Assembly (NCBI GenBank): GCA_963822215.1
Contig: CAWGGX010000014.1
Coordinates: 39,935 to 103,934 of the forward strand
DNA length: 64,000 nucleotides
Origin: an uncultured Alphaproteobacteria bacterium
GTDB taxonomy: Bacteria; Pseudomonadota; Alphaproteobacteria; Rhizobiales; Beijerinckiaceae
Direction of reading: 5' to 3'
Shown: positions 1 to 10,145 of the stretch, in pieces
How positions within the stretch are numbered: the stretch's first letter is position 1
Layout: every line of letters begins with the position of its first letter
Program-made: the position numbers and the translations under genes
The notes under the pieces: model-generated
Told to the model about the DNA's origin: nothing
What the model saw: only the letters and a program-made list of their open reading frames with translations
Databases searched by the model: none

Positions 1-337
1 CTTCGTCACCGATGGCCTGGTGCGCGACCTCGCGGATCTCGAAGCCTTGAACCTGCCGGTCTATGCAATGGGCGTGAGCCCGAATTCTCCCGGCAAGCGT
101 GGTCCAGGCGCTGTTGGCCTACCGATCATCTGCGGCGGCTGCGCGGTCGCGGCGGGCGATGTGGTTGTCGGCGATCGCGACGGCGTTGTCGTCGTGCCGC
201 GCGCTCGCCTAGCCGAAACGCTCGCCAATCTTGACCGTGTGAGGGCTGCGGAAGCCGCGATGCTGAAGCGCGTGCAGGGCGGCTTGAGAGACCTTCCGGT
301 CGCCATCGCGTCGCGACGACCGGGAAGCGCCAGGTGA
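1..337 (+). CDS. RraA/HMG-aldolase family protein, 5'-truncated by the window edge
   Basis: Frame open from the window start; typical RraA C-terminal motifs DG.VRD and GDVVVGDRDGVVVVP. Confidence 0.85.
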   Translation, partial: FVTDGLVRDLADLEALNLPVYAMGVSPNSPGKRGPGAVGLPIICGGCAVAAGDVVVGDRDGVVVVPRARLAETLANLDRVRAAEAAMLKRVQGGLRDLPVAIASRRPGSAR

Positions 338-389
338 CGGGCGCCGCGGCGCGGCGGTCCTTCGCGACGAGAGTTGGAGGCAGTGGGCC

Positions 390-1247
390 ATGATCGATTT
401 TCCCATCGTCGACTCCCATATCCATCTCTTGGACCAGAAGCGCTTCAGCTACGGCTGGTCGAACGGGGCGCCATCGCTCAAACGCGACTGGACGCCTGAC
501 GATCTCGCGGCGTCAGCTAAGCCATATGAGATGGAGGGATTCGTCTTCGTCGAGGTCGACGTCGACATGCCGCAATACCTCGACGAAGCGCATTGGATCG
601 ACGGGCTCGCGAAGAGCGACGGCCGCGTGCTCGGCGCCGTCACCTGCCTGCCGCTGGAGCGAGGCGCGGCGATCGAGCCGGAAATCGCGCGGATCGCAAA
701 ACTCCCGGCGATCCGCGGCGTGCGCCGCCTGATCCAGAATCAGCCTGACCCGGAGTATGTGCGGAAGCCGGGGTTCCTCGAAGCGATGCGGCTGTTGCCG
801 AAATACAACCTGTCCTTCGACATCTGCGTCTTCCATCGGCAGTTGCCGAATGTGCTGAAGATGATGCATCTGTGCCCCGAGGTCGCGTTCGTCCTCGATC
901 ACATTGGCAAGCCGGCAATCAAGGCGGGTATCGCCGATCCCTGGCGAGATCACATCCGCGACATGGCGGCGCTGCCGAATGTCGTCTGCAAGCTCTCCGG
1001 GCTGACCACCGAGGCCGATCACCGGACCTGGGGCCGCGAGCAACTGCGCCCCTATATCGATCATGTCGTCGAGTGTTTCGGCCCCGACCGCATTCTCTAT
1101 GGCGGCGACTGGCCGGTGTCCGAACTGGCCGGCGGCTACCTCCAGTGGCTGACGACACTCGATTGGGCGACCGCAGGCTTTTCCAAGGCCGACAAGCGCA
1201 AGCTCTTTCGCGACAACGCCGTCAAGGCCTATCGCCTGAACGTGTGA
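390..1247 (+). CDS. Amidohydrolase_2 family sugar-acid lactonase (L-fuconolactonase-like)
   Basis: DSHIH, LDHIGKP, CKLSGL and YGGDWPV motifs; GGAGG RBS. Confidence 0.88.
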   Translation: MIDFPIVDSHIHLLDQKRFSYGWSNGAPSLKRDWTPDDLAASAKPYEMEGFVFVEVDVDMPQYLDEAHWIDGLAKSDGRVLGAVTCLPLERGAAIEPEIARIAKLPAIRGVRRLIQNQPDPEYVRKPGFLEAMRLLPKYNLSFDICVFHRQLPNVLKMMHLCPEVAFVLDHIGKPAIKAGIADPWRDHIRDMAALPNVVCKLSGLTTEADHRTWGREQLRPYIDHVVECFGPDRILYGGDWPVSELAGGYLQWLTTLDWATAGFSKADKRKLFRDNAVKAYRLNV

Positions 1248-2398
1248 TGGACGCAACCGCCCTGCGACGCAAAGGCTACAGCGTCGCCGCCCTGCGCGCG
1301 CTCGCAAAAAAGAGGTTGCCGCGCATGGTGTTCGACATGGTGGACGGAGCCGCCGGCGACGAGACCACCATGCGGCGCAACGAGGCGGCTATCGCCGCGA
1401 TCGAAATCGTACCGAAAATGCTCGAAGGAGCGCCGAAGCGCGACCAGTCGGTCGAGCTGTTCGGCGTCAAGCTCCCGTCACCCGTCATCATCGGCCCGAC
1501 CGGCCTCGCCGGCCTCCTGTGGCCGCACGCGGAACTGGCCGCGGCCCGCGCCGCGGCGCGCTTCGGGACGATCTATTCGACCAGCCACGCTTCGACCGCG
1601 ACGATCGAGGCAATCGGCGCGGCCACGCCAGGGCCGAAATGGATGCAGGTGTTTCTCTACAAGGATCGCGGCCTCACCGCCGAGTTCGCGGTGCGAGCCG
1701 CAAGCGCCGGCTACAAGGCGCTGATCCTCACCGTCGACAACCAGGTGACCGCCGGCCGTGACCGCGACGCACGCAATGGGCTGAGCTTTCCCTTGCGGTG
1801 GGGTCCAAGCAGCTTCGTCGACTTCATCAGCCGTCCCGGCTGGCTCATGCGCATGGCAAGCGCGCCATCGCCGACCTTCGTCAACTACGGCGAGCGAACC
1901 TCGATCGGCGCCTTCGGTCCGCTGATGGCCGAGCAGCTCGACCCAGCGGTCGGCTGGAGCGACGTCGAATGGCTGCGACGGCAATGGCGCGGGCCGCTGG
2001 TGATCAAGGGCCTTCTGCATCCTGACGATGCACGGCAAGCGCTGAAGTGCGGCGCGGAGGGCGTGGTCGTCTCCAATCACGGCGGGCGGCAGCTCGACGG
2101 CGCAATTCCATCGATCGTCGCGCTGCCGCCCATCGTCGACGCAGTTGAGGACGCAATTCCGGTGCTCATCGACGGAGGCTTCCGCCGCGGCGTCGACGTT
2201 GTGAAGGCGCTGGCTCTCGGCGCGCGGGCTGTGCTCATCGGCCGGCCGCATCTTTGGGGCGTGGCCTGCGCCGGCGAGGACGGGGTCCATTGGGTGCTCG
2301 AGCTCTACCGGCGCGAGATCGACCGAGCCTTGGCGCTCGGAAGCTGGGACAGCATCGCGAAGCTCGATCGGAGCATCATCTTTGTTTCTGAACGGTGA
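1247..2398 (+). CDS. FMN-dependent alpha-hydroxy acid oxidase/dehydrogenase
   Basis: ATG overlaps the upstream TGA (TGATG); SNHGGRQLDG and DGGFRRGVDVVKALALGA motifs. Confidence 0.92.
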   Translation: MDATALRRKGYSVAALRALAKKRLPRMVFDMVDGAAGDETTMRRNEAAIAAIEIVPKMLEGAPKRDQSVELFGVKLPSPVIIGPTGLAGLLWPHAELAAARAAARFGTIYSTSHASTATIEAIGAATPGPKWMQVFLYKDRGLTAEFAVRAASAGYKALILTVDNQVTAGRDRDARNGLSFPLRWGPSSFVDFISRPGWLMRMASAPSPTFVNYGERTSIGAFGPLMAEQLDPAVGWSDVEWLRRQWRGPLVIKGLLHPDDARQALKCGAEGVVVSNHGGRQLDGAIPSIVALPPIVDAVEDAIPVLIDGGFRRGVDVVKALALGARAVLIGRPHLWGVACAGEDGVHWVLELYRREIDRALALGSWDSIAKLDRSIIFVSER

Positions 2399-2697
2399 GC
2401 CGCCGGACGTTTAGTCCTCGAGTCGCATTGCATTTGCCAAAGTCGCCGGGCCCGCCGGTTGTCGAAGACTTGTACGACGCCTTCGGAAGGCAGGCGGATT
2501 GGCCGCTGTGAGGAAGAGGACTGCCCAGTCCGATCCTGTCGCTTTGTGGGATACGAGGACCTTCGGCAGCGTGGTCGCCATCGAGGAAATCCCGCGTCCC
2601 CTTGTAGCGCAGATTCTGTTTTTCAAAAAGCAGATGCCGACCCTCCAAACGCCGCGCGCCCCGGACGCGCTGCCGTTGGCCGAACGGGACCGGTTTA

Positions 2698-2721
2698 TAA
2701 AGCGCTTTACGAAACCGCTTC
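2698..2721. promoter_or_regulatory. Tandem LacI-type operator candidates
   Basis: Perfect palindrome TAAAGCGCTTTA (2698-2709) followed by GAAACCGCTTC (2711-2721), just upstream of the LacI gene. Confidence 0.6.
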
Positions 2722-2757
2722 ACCATGCGAGGCTTGCAGCCGGAAGGGGCGGACGGA

Positions 2758-3819
2758 ATGCGATCGGCGACGCTCAGTGACGTGGCGAAAGCGGCGAATG
2801 TGTCGCCGACCACAGTGTCGCGCCACCTGAACGGCTCGATCCATCTCCCCGAGGACACCGTCGGGCGCATCGACGCCGCGATCGCGGCGCTCCGATACCG
2901 GCCCAATCCCCACGCCCGCAGCCTCGGACGCGGGCGTTCCGACACCATTGGCCTCGTCATCCCCGACATCGCCAATCCGTTCTTCGCGAGGCTCGCGGCG
3001 GCGGTCGAGATCGCGGCCAGCCGACGCGGCCTCGGCGTCATGCTGTGCTCGACGTTCAACCGGCCGGCGCGGGAGCTCGACTACATCGACCGCTTGCGCA
3101 ACCACTTCGTCGACGCCCTCCTGTTCGCGACCAACCATGTCGACGACGGCGCGCTTTGCGCATCCATCAACGAAACGTCGGGGGTGGTGCTGGTCGACGA
3201 GGACGTCGCTGGCTCCCGCGGCCCGAAAGTCTTTGCGGACAACGAGGGCGGCGGCGCGCTCGCGGCCGGACACCTCCTCGCCGCGGGCCACCGGAGCCTC
3301 GCCTATATCGGTGGCCCGAGCGGGCTCATGAGCGCGCGCGAGCGCGCCGACGGGTTTCGCAAGGTGGTCCGGGAGGGCGGCGCAGCCGTCGCCTGCGAAG
3401 ACTGCGGCGAATACGCCGCGGCGCATGGACGTGCGGCGATGGCGCGCATCCTGAACGAGCGCCCTGACGTCACGGGGGTGTTCGCCGCGAGCGACGAAAT
3501 CCTGATCGGCATGCTGGAAGTCTTGCGCGACCGTCAGCTCGTGGTCGGCCGGGACATCTCCGTCGTCACCTTTGACGACGTCGGGCCGCTTCGCCTCTTC
3601 GATCCTCCGGTGACTGCGGTTCGCCAGCCGATCGACGAGCTCGGCCGCGCGGCCCTCGCCCACATCGAGGCGCTCCTCGGTGGATCCTCGGCATTCGAGA
3701 CGACGCGCGTTCCGGTGGAGCTCGTGGTCCGAAGTTCGGTCGCGCCACCGAAGCGCATCATGAAGCGTGCTCGAACCGTGGCGGAAGGAGCGGTGGGGCG
3801 AGAGGCAGGCGTGTCATGA
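2758..3819 (+). CDS. LacI family transcriptional regulator
   Basis: TLSDVAKAANVSPTTVSR HTH and YRPNPHARSL hinge, followed by a periplasmic-binding-like domain. Confidence 0.95.
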   Translation: MRSATLSDVAKAANVSPTTVSRHLNGSIHLPEDTVGRIDAAIAALRYRPNPHARSLGRGRSDTIGLVIPDIANPFFARLAAAVEIAASRRGLGVMLCSTFNRPARELDYIDRLRNHFVDALLFATNHVDDGALCASINETSGVVLVDEDVAGSRGPKVFADNEGGGALAAGHLLAAGHRSLAYIGGPSGLMSARERADGFRKVVREGGAAVACEDCGEYAAAHGRAAMARILNERPDVTGVFAASDEILIGMLEVLRDRQLVVGRDISVVTFDDVGPLRLFDPPVTAVRQPIDELGRAALAHIEALLGGSSAFETTRVPVELVVRSSVAPPKRIMKRARTVAEGAVGREAGVS

Positions 3820-3940
3820 CCGGAGCGAAGGCGTCGTTCACGACCAGCGTCGCGGGTTTGCCAGGCGGCCGCCACCGGCTGCCGCGCTTTTCCGCCGAGC
3901 GGTCTCGAGGCTGACGGCGCTACCGGAGGAGGGAGTCCGT

Positions 3941-4714
3941 ATGGCGACACAGCCGTTCCTCGCAGCCAGAGGCATCGGAAAGAGATTCGGAGCCCTGGTC
4001 GCGTTGTCCGGCGTCGATCTCGATGTCTGCACGGGCGAGGTCCTCGCGCTGGTCGGCGACAACGGAGCCGGCAAGTCGACTTTCATCAAGATCCTCGCGG
4101 GCGCTCATCCTGCGAGCGAGGGCGAGATTCGCGTGGAAGGCGTCCCCGTGGCTTTCGCAACGCCGCACGACGCCGCCTCCGCCGGAGTCGCCACCATTTT
4201 TCAGGAACTGGCGCTCTCCGAGAATCTCTCCATCGCCGAGAACGTCTATTTGGGCCGGGAGATCGTCACGCGCGTCGCCGGCGTTCCTTTCCTCCGCCGT
4301 GCGGAGATGAGGCGACGCGTGGTCCGCCTACTCGACGAACTCGACGCCCACATCCCAAACGTCGACGCCGTTGTCGGCAGCCTTTCCGGAGGCCAGAGAC
4401 AGGTGGTCGCGATCTGCCGCGCGCTGAACCTCAATGCCCGGCTTGTCATCATGGACGAGCCAACCGCAGCGCTCGCGGTTGCGGAAACGCGTAAGGTTCT
4501 CGCCCTCGCGCGCCGGCTGGCCGACCGCGGCTGCGCGGTCGTCCTAATCAGTCACAACATCGGCGACGTCATGGATGTCGCGGACCGCGTCGTCGTATTC
4601 CGGCGCGGCCGCAAAATCGCCGAACGGAAGCGGGGCCTGACAAACGCGGAGGAGATCATCGCTTTCATAACGGGCGCCCATCCCGACGTACGGGCGCTCG
4701 AGAAGGCCTCGTAA
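3941..4714 (+). CDS. Sugar ABC transporter ATP-binding protein
   Basis: GDNGAGKST Walker A, LSGGQRQ signature, IMDEPT Walker B; strong RBS. Confidence 0.93.
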   Translation: MATQPFLAARGIGKRFGALVALSGVDLDVCTGEVLALVGDNGAGKSTFIKILAGAHPASEGEIRVEGVPVAFATPHDAASAGVATIFQELALSENLSIAENVYLGREIVTRVAGVPFLRRAEMRRRVVRLLDELDAHIPNVDAVVGSLSGGQRQVVAICRALNLNARLVIMDEPTAALAVAETRKVLALARRLADRGCAVVLISHNIGDVMDVADRVVVFRRGRKIAERKRGLTNAEEIIAFITGAHPDVRALEKAS

Positions 4715-4749
4715 GGGTAGACCGCACGTCGATCATCGGAGGCAAGGAC

Positions 4750-5736
4750 ATGAACACCTTAACGAAAATGCTGGCCCTCGCGAGTTCGATCCTAAGCTTC
4801 GCTGCCGGAACGGCGATTGCAGACGAGATGAAGAGCGTCGCGTTCGTGCCGGAGATCGTGGGCATTCCCTACTTCAACGCGATGCAGGACGGGGGGAACA
4901 AGGCCGCCAAGGATCTAGGCGTCAAATTCATTTATTCCGGTCCGGTGGACACCAACCCGGTCGATCAGCTGCAGATCGTTCAGAATCTGATCAACCAGGG
5001 GGTGAACGCGATCGCGGTGAGCGTCCTCGACGCTTCCAGCATCGCGCCTGTCGTCCAGGCCGCGAAGGCCAAGGGCAGCGTCCTCTTCACCTCGGACAGC
5101 GACGCCCCCAACAGCGGCCGCGCCGTGTTCGTCGCGCAGGCGACAGACGAGGGTCTCGGCGACACGATCATCGACGAGATGGTGAAGCGGGTGGGCGAGA
5201 ACGCCAAGGTCGGCATCGTCTCTGGCGAAGCGACCGCGTCGAACCTCAACGCCTGGATAGCCGTGATGCAGAAGCGCGCCAAGGAGAAGTATCCGAAACT
5301 GACGCTGCTACCGCCGCAATTTGCAGGCGGCACGGCCGAGCGCGCCGCCCAGCTCGCCACCGACCTCATCACCGCCAATCCGGACCTCAAGGGCATCATT
5401 GCGGTCGCATCGACCACCTGTCCCGGAGTCGCGCAGGCGATCGAAGGCGCGGGCAAGATCGGCAAGATCGTGGGAACCGGCTATTGCAGCCCCAACACGG
5501 TCCGCTCCTACCTCAAGAGCGGCGCCATGGGCTACAGTGTCCTCTGGGATCCAACCGCGCTCGGCTATCTGACAGTCTGGGCCGGCAAGCAGCTGATCGA
5601 CGGCAAGCCGTTCGCGGCCGCAAACCAGGTGTCCGGATTCGAAAAGCCCGTGAACTTCGACGACAAGACCAAGATCCTGCTTCTCGGCGACCCCGCCGTC
5701 TTCACGGCGGAGAACGTCGACAAGTTCAACTTCTGA
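4750..5736 (+). CDS. Sugar ABC substrate-binding protein (RhaS/LsrB-like)
   Basis: Signal peptide; GIPYFNAM and VLWDP..LGYL motifs. Confidence 0.9.
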   Translation: MNTLTKMLALASSILSFAAGTAIADEMKSVAFVPEIVGIPYFNAMQDGGNKAAKDLGVKFIYSGPVDTNPVDQLQIVQNLINQGVNAIAVSVLDASSIAPVVQAAKAKGSVLFTSDSDAPNSGRAVFVAQATDEGLGDTIIDEMVKRVGENAKVGIVSGEATASNLNAWIAVMQKRAKEKYPKLTLLPPQFAGGTAERAAQLATDLITANPDLKGIIAVASTTCPGVAQAIEGAGKIGKIVGTGYCSPNTVRSYLKSGAMGYSVLWDPTALGYLTVWAGKQLIDGKPFAAANQVSGFEKPVNFDDKTKILLLGDPAVFTAENVDKFNF

Positions 5737-5745
5737 CGTCGCGCG

Positions 5746-6708
5746 ATGTGGCGGACTTCGGTTGTCGGCGGGCGCGAGCTTACTCTGCTGACTGCCTGTG
5801 TGCTCGTGGCCCTGGCCGCGTCCGCCGCGTCGCCGTATTTCGCGACCGTCGACAATCTCTCGACGGTGCTGCGCAACAGCGTCGAACTCATGATCATCGG
5901 CCTAGGGATGACGCTGTTGTTGGCCATGGGCGGTATCGACGTCTCCGTCGGGATGGTGCTCGGCCTCGCCGCCATCGCCGTCGGCACGCTCGCCGAAAAC
6001 GGTTACAGTCCCCTCGCGCCCATCCTGGCCGGACCGAGCGTTGGAGGGCTTCTCGGCGCGCTCACCGGCGCGGTGGTCGTGCTCGGCGGCATTCCGGCGA
6101 TCGTCGGCTCGCTCGGGCTCTTCGGCGTCTATCGCGCCGCGATCTTCATTCTTCTCGGCGGCAGGTGGCTCTCGGGCTTGCCTCCGACGCTGACGAATGT
6201 CCTCTCCGCCCACGTCCTCGGAGCGCCGCTTCCGGCGTTCGTCATTGCGATCCTCTATCTCGCGGTCTGGACGGCGCTCCGCCACACCCCGTACGGGCCG
6301 CATCTCCTTGCCATCGGCAACAACGAAGAGAAGGCGAGGCTTTCGGGTGTCGCGGTCCGGCGCGTGCGGATCGCGACCTTCGTCATCAGCGGCGTTCTTG
6401 CGGGCGTCGCCGCAGACTTCTACGTGTCGACCTACCGCAATGTCGCGATGACCGTCGGGGGGAGCATCGCGCTCGAAGCGATTGCGGCGGTGGTCCTTGG
6501 CGGTACAAGCATTCTCGGCGGCAGGTGCAGCCTGGCGGGGACGGCGCTCGGAGTCGTCCTCATCCGCCTGATCCAGAACGGCCTTGTCTTGATCGGCGTT
6601 CCCTCGCTCTGGCAGACGGTGGTGACCGGCTGTCTTCTTCTCCTCGTCCTGAGCGGCGAAGCCTTGCGCGGCCGCTTGTCGACGCTTCCGCTCGCGTGGC
6701 GGACGTGA
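5746..6708 (+). CDS. Sugar ABC transporter permease
   Basis: Hydrophobic; GGIDVSVG and LEAIAAVVLGGTS motifs. Confidence 0.92.
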   Translation: MWRTSVVGGRELTLLTACVLVALAASAASPYFATVDNLSTVLRNSVELMIIGLGMTLLLAMGGIDVSVGMVLGLAAIAVGTLAENGYSPLAPILAGPSVGGLLGALTGAVVVLGGIPAIVGSLGLFGVYRAAIFILLGGRWLSGLPPTLTNVLSAHVLGAPLPAFVIAILYLAVWTALRHTPYGPHLLAIGNNEEKARLSGVAVRRVRIATFVISGVLAGVAADFYVSTYRNVAMTVGGSIALEAIAAVVLGGTSILGGRCSLAGTALGVVLIRLIQNGLVLIGVPSLWQTVVTGCLLLLVLSGEALRGRLSTLPLAWRT

Positions 6709-7658
6709 CGGCGCCGGCTTTCTTCTTCCGCCATCCGGTGCTCGCCGCTCTGGCGATGCTCTGGCTCCTTGTCGTCCTGGGCTTGTTCGTCTTCGCGCCG
6801 GCGACGCTGAACGCGGACACCCTGACGACGATCCTGCAGTTCTCGACGATCCTGGCGCTCGCCGCGCTCGGGCAATCTCTGGTCATCCTCTGCGGAGGGG
6901 CCGGCATCGATTTGTCGGTGGGAGGGATCGTGTCCCTGACCGCGGTTCTCGTCGCCCTGTTCGGGAAGGCGGGTGCGCCGGGCTGGACGCTTCCGCTCTT
7001 GTGCCTCGTCGTCGGCGCGCTGCTCGGGGCGGTCAACGGGCTTCTCGTCGCCCGCGTGCGCGTCCTGCCTCTGATCACCACCCTCGGCACCTTCTACGTC
7101 TATTCCGGCCTCGCCGTCGCGCTGACCGGGGGGGCCGCGACGGGCAACGTTCCGGCATGGATGATCGGCTGGGGGCGCGGCCAGTTCCTGGCGGTCCCGC
7201 TTCCCTTTCTCACGACCGCGCTTCCCGCGTTCCTCGTCGCTGCTCTCGTGCTTGGCGCGACGGCCTGGGGCACGTGGATCTATGCCATGGGCTTCAACGA
7301 GGTCTCCGCACGGCTTTGCGGCATTCCGGTCGACCAGACGCGGACGATTCTCTACACGGGCAGCGGCGCCTGCGCCGGCGCGGCGGCGCTCGTGTCCCTG
7401 GCGTGGCTAGGCAGCGCCCGGCCCAACATCGGCGCCAATCTCGAACTCACCTCGCTATCCGCTGCGATGCTCGGCGGCGTCTCCATCTTCGGCGGGCGCG
7501 GCGGCGCCATCGGGGTTTTCGCGGCCGTCATTCTTCTGGTCACGCTCCAGACCAGTCTGCTTCAGCTGAACGTGAACCCCACTTGGCAGGTCGGCGTGGT
7601 CGGCGTCCTGCTCATTGTTGTGTTGTTGGTCGACCGCTTTGCCTCCAGTCGAGCGTGA
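6705..7658 (+). CDS. Sugar ABC transporter permease
   Basis: GTG overlaps the upstream TGA; GIDLSVG and LGGVSIFGGRG motifs. Confidence 0.9.
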   Translation: MTAPAFFFRHPVLAALAMLWLLVVLGLFVFAPATLNADTLTTILQFSTILALAALGQSLVILCGGAGIDLSVGGIVSLTAVLVALFGKAGAPGWTLPLLCLVVGALLGAVNGLLVARVRVLPLITTLGTFYVYSGLAVALTGGAATGNVPAWMIGWGRGQFLAVPLPFLTTALPAFLVAALVLGATAWGTWIYAMGFNEVSARLCGIPVDQTRTILYTGSGACAGAAALVSLAWLGSARPNIGANLELTSLSAAMLGGVSIFGGRGGAIGVFAAVILLVTLQTSLLQLNVNPTWQVGVVGVLLIVVLLVDRFASSRA

Positions 7659-7680
7659 GCGGCGGGAGAAGGAGGGAGTC

Positions 7681-8997
7681 ATGACGGGTATTGAAGAGCG
7701 GATCGCATCGGCCGTCGCCGGAGCGAACGATCGGATCGTCGCGACACTTCGCGATCTGATCGCCTTTCCTTCCGTCGTCAAAGCCGATCCGAAGGAGGCC
7801 GGGCCTGGCGAGCGGGATTGCCAGCTCTATCTCAAAAGGCGGCTCGAACGGATTGGTTTCGCAACCGATCTCTGGGAGCCCGACGGACCGGCCCTGTTCG
7901 CCAAATACGAAGGGCGCCCCGGCGCCAACAAGGGCCGGACGTTCGAGGGCCGCCCAAACCTGGGCGGCCGCCTTGGAGGATCGGGTGGAGGCCGCTCGAT
8001 CATGCTGACCGGCCACATCGACGTCGTGCCGTCCGGCCCGATCGAGCACTGGACCAGCGATCCGTTTCAAGCGATCGTTCAGGACGGGGTCGTCCGGGGA
8101 CGCGGCGCGGTCGACATGAAGGGGGGCGTCGCCTGCATGCTGATGGCGATCGAGGTTTTGCGGGATCTCGACGTCAGGCTGTCCGGAGACGTAGTCTTCA
8201 CCATCGTCGTCGACGAAGAGATCGGCGGGATGGGATCGCTCGCCATGGTCGACCGGGGCTTTCGCGCCGACGCCGGCATCATGACGGAGGCGACCGCCAA
8301 CCGGATCGCGCCCCTCTGTCGCGGCATCCTTTGGGGCCGCATCGTCATCGACGGGGTCGGCGGTCATGCCGAACTCTTGCCCAACAGCTGGGCCACGAGC
8401 GGTCCGGTGGATGCGATCCAGCTCTGCCGCCAGATGCTCGACGGTTTGGACATCCTCAATCGGCGCTGGGCCAACGATCCGGGGAAGAATCACCCGTTGC
8501 TGGGGTTGCCGAACCAGGTGGTCGTCACTCAGATCAAGGCCGGCGAACATCCCGCGTCGTTCGCCGGACGCGGCGAAATCGTCATCGACGTCCAGTATCT
8601 GCCGTCGGAACAGGACGAACACGGGCTGGGCGGCGCGGTCAAGCGCGAGGTGGAGGAGCACGTCCAGGCGGTCTGCCAGGCCGATCCCTACCTGCGCCGG
8701 AAGCCTGCGCGCGTCGAATGGATTCTCGACGCGGACTGCGCCGAAGTGCCCTCGGACAGCCCGTTCGTCGCCGCGATGCGGGAGTCGGTCGCCGCGGCCG
8801 GTCTTTCCCCCGCCCTTACCGGCTTCGGCGCTCACAGCGACATCGGCCTCCCGACGAAGCTCGGACGCACGCCGACCGTGAATTTCGGGCCGGGCAATCC
8901 CGCCATGGCCCACCAGCCGAACGAGCGCGTGGCGATCGCCGATCTTGTCGACTGCACCAGGGCGATCGCGCTGACGATCGAGCGCTGGTGCCGCTGA
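7681..8997 (+). CDS. M20A ArgE/DapE-family deacylase
   Basis: GHIDVVP, GRGAVDMKGG, DEE and AHQPNE metal-binding motifs; RBS AGGAGG. Confidence 0.92.
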   Translation: MTGIEERIASAVAGANDRIVATLRDLIAFPSVVKADPKEAGPGERDCQLYLKRRLERIGFATDLWEPDGPALFAKYEGRPGANKGRTFEGRPNLGGRLGGSGGGRSIMLTGHIDVVPSGPIEHWTSDPFQAIVQDGVVRGRGAVDMKGGVACMLMAIEVLRDLDVRLSGDVVFTIVVDEEIGGMGSLAMVDRGFRADAGIMTEATANRIAPLCRGILWGRIVIDGVGGHAELLPNSWATSGPVDAIQLCRQMLDGLDILNRRWANDPGKNHPLLGLPNQVVVTQIKAGEHPASFAGRGEIVIDVQYLPSEQDEHGLGGAVKREVEEHVQAVCQADPYLRRKPARVEWILDADCAEVPSDSPFVAAMRESVAAAGLSPALTGFGAHSDIGLPTKLGRTPTVNFGPGNPAMAHQPNERVAIADLVDCTRAIALTIERWCR

Positions 8998-9150
8998 TGC
9001 CGGCTCGCGAGGCGGGATGGGACTGGACTGTGTTGCGCGAACCGTCGGCGCGGGCGCATCCCGGTGCGGACGGGAACGGAAGGTCTTTGCGGCTGAAGCG
9101 GGATCGAGGGCAATGACGCTTCCGATCCGGGCCGCGAGAAGGAGGGTGTG

Positions 9151-10089
9151 ATGAACAAAATGATCAAGCGCCTCTGCATGGCGGGCGCCATGCTGGCTGC
9201 GGCGGCCTTCGCGGGCAGCGCGGCCGACGCGACCACTGTAGCGCTCGTCACCATCAACCAGCAGGCGTTGTTCTTCAACCAGATCAACGACGGCGCGAAG
9301 CAGGCGGCCGACAAGGCGGGCGCCACGCTCGTCATCTTCAACGCCAACAACCAGGCCGCGGCCCAGAACAGCGCGATCGAGGACTACATCGCGCAGAAGG
9401 TCGACGGGATTGTGCTCGTCGCGATCGACGTCAACGGCGTCAAGCCCGCGATTACCGCCGCCAAGAAGGCGGGCATTCCGGTCGTCGCCATCGACGCCCG
9501 CATTCCCGACGGCGACAACGCCGCCTTCATCGGCGTCGACAACAAGGGCGCTGGAGAGGAGATCGGCAAGTACTTCGTCAACTACGCGAAGGCCAAGATG
9601 GGCGGCGCCGCGAAGGTGGGCGTCGTCGGTGCGCTCAACTCCTTCATTCAGAACCAGCGACTCGACGGCTTCAAGGCCGCCGCGCAGGCGGGCTCGGGCG
9701 TCAAGTTCCTCGACACCGTGGACGGGCAGAACGTGCAGGACATCGCGCTCACCGCCGCGGAAAACCTGATGACCGCCAACCCTGATATGACCGCGCTTTA
9801 TGCGACCGGTGAACCGGCGCTCGTCGGCGCGATCTCGGCCGTCACTAGCCAGAAGCAGACGGACAAGGTCAAGGTCTTCGGCTGGGATCTCACCGCCCAG
9901 GCGATCAAGGGCATCGACGACGGATGGATCGTGGCGGTGGTGCAGCAGGACCCCTTCCAGGAAGGCGTCGCCGGCGTTGAGACGATCCTCAAGCTGAAGA
10001 AGGGCGATAAAGTCAACCCGAGCATCGACATCCCGGTCACGATCGTGACGAAGGAGAACGTCGACAAGTTCCGCAGCCTCTTCAAGTAG
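9151..10089 (+). CDS. Sugar ABC substrate-binding protein (ribose-like)
   Basis: Signal peptide; FIGVDN and VQQDP motifs of type I periplasmic binding proteins. Confidence 0.9.
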   Translation: MNKMIKRLCMAGAMLAAAAFAGSAADATTVALVTINQQALFFNQINDGAKQAADKAGATLVIFNANNQAAAQNSAIEDYIAQKVDGIVLVAIDVNGVKPAITAAKKAGIPVVAIDARIPDGDNAAFIGVDNKGAGEEIGKYFVNYAKAKMGGAAKVGVVGALNSFIQNQRLDGFKAAAQAGSGVKFLDTVDGQNVQDIALTAAENLMTANPDMTALYATGEPALVGAISAVTSQKQTDKVKVFGWDLTAQAIKGIDDGWIVAVVQQDPFQEGVAGVETILKLKKGDKVNPSIDIPVTIVTKENVDKFRSLFK

Positions 10090-10145
10090 GCGCACCACGG
10101 ACGGCGGCGCGCCTTCGGGCGCGAGAACCGAGAGCAGGATAAGCG

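Noticed and set aside
2399-2511. Protein-like tail PPVVEDLYDAFGRQADWPL* in the intergenic region
   Set aside because: Too short to assign, with no start or recognisable family
5484-6704. Long N-terminal extensions of track ORFs (also 872, 21724, 23965, 57873 and 59126 starts)
   Set aside because: They overlap upstream genes out of frame; the true starts are the downstream coupled codons, so these are not fusions
7612-10098. 828-aa minus-strand ORF
   Set aside because: Antisense shadow of the M20 and binding-protein genes; such ORFs are common in high-GC DNA and this one has no motifs
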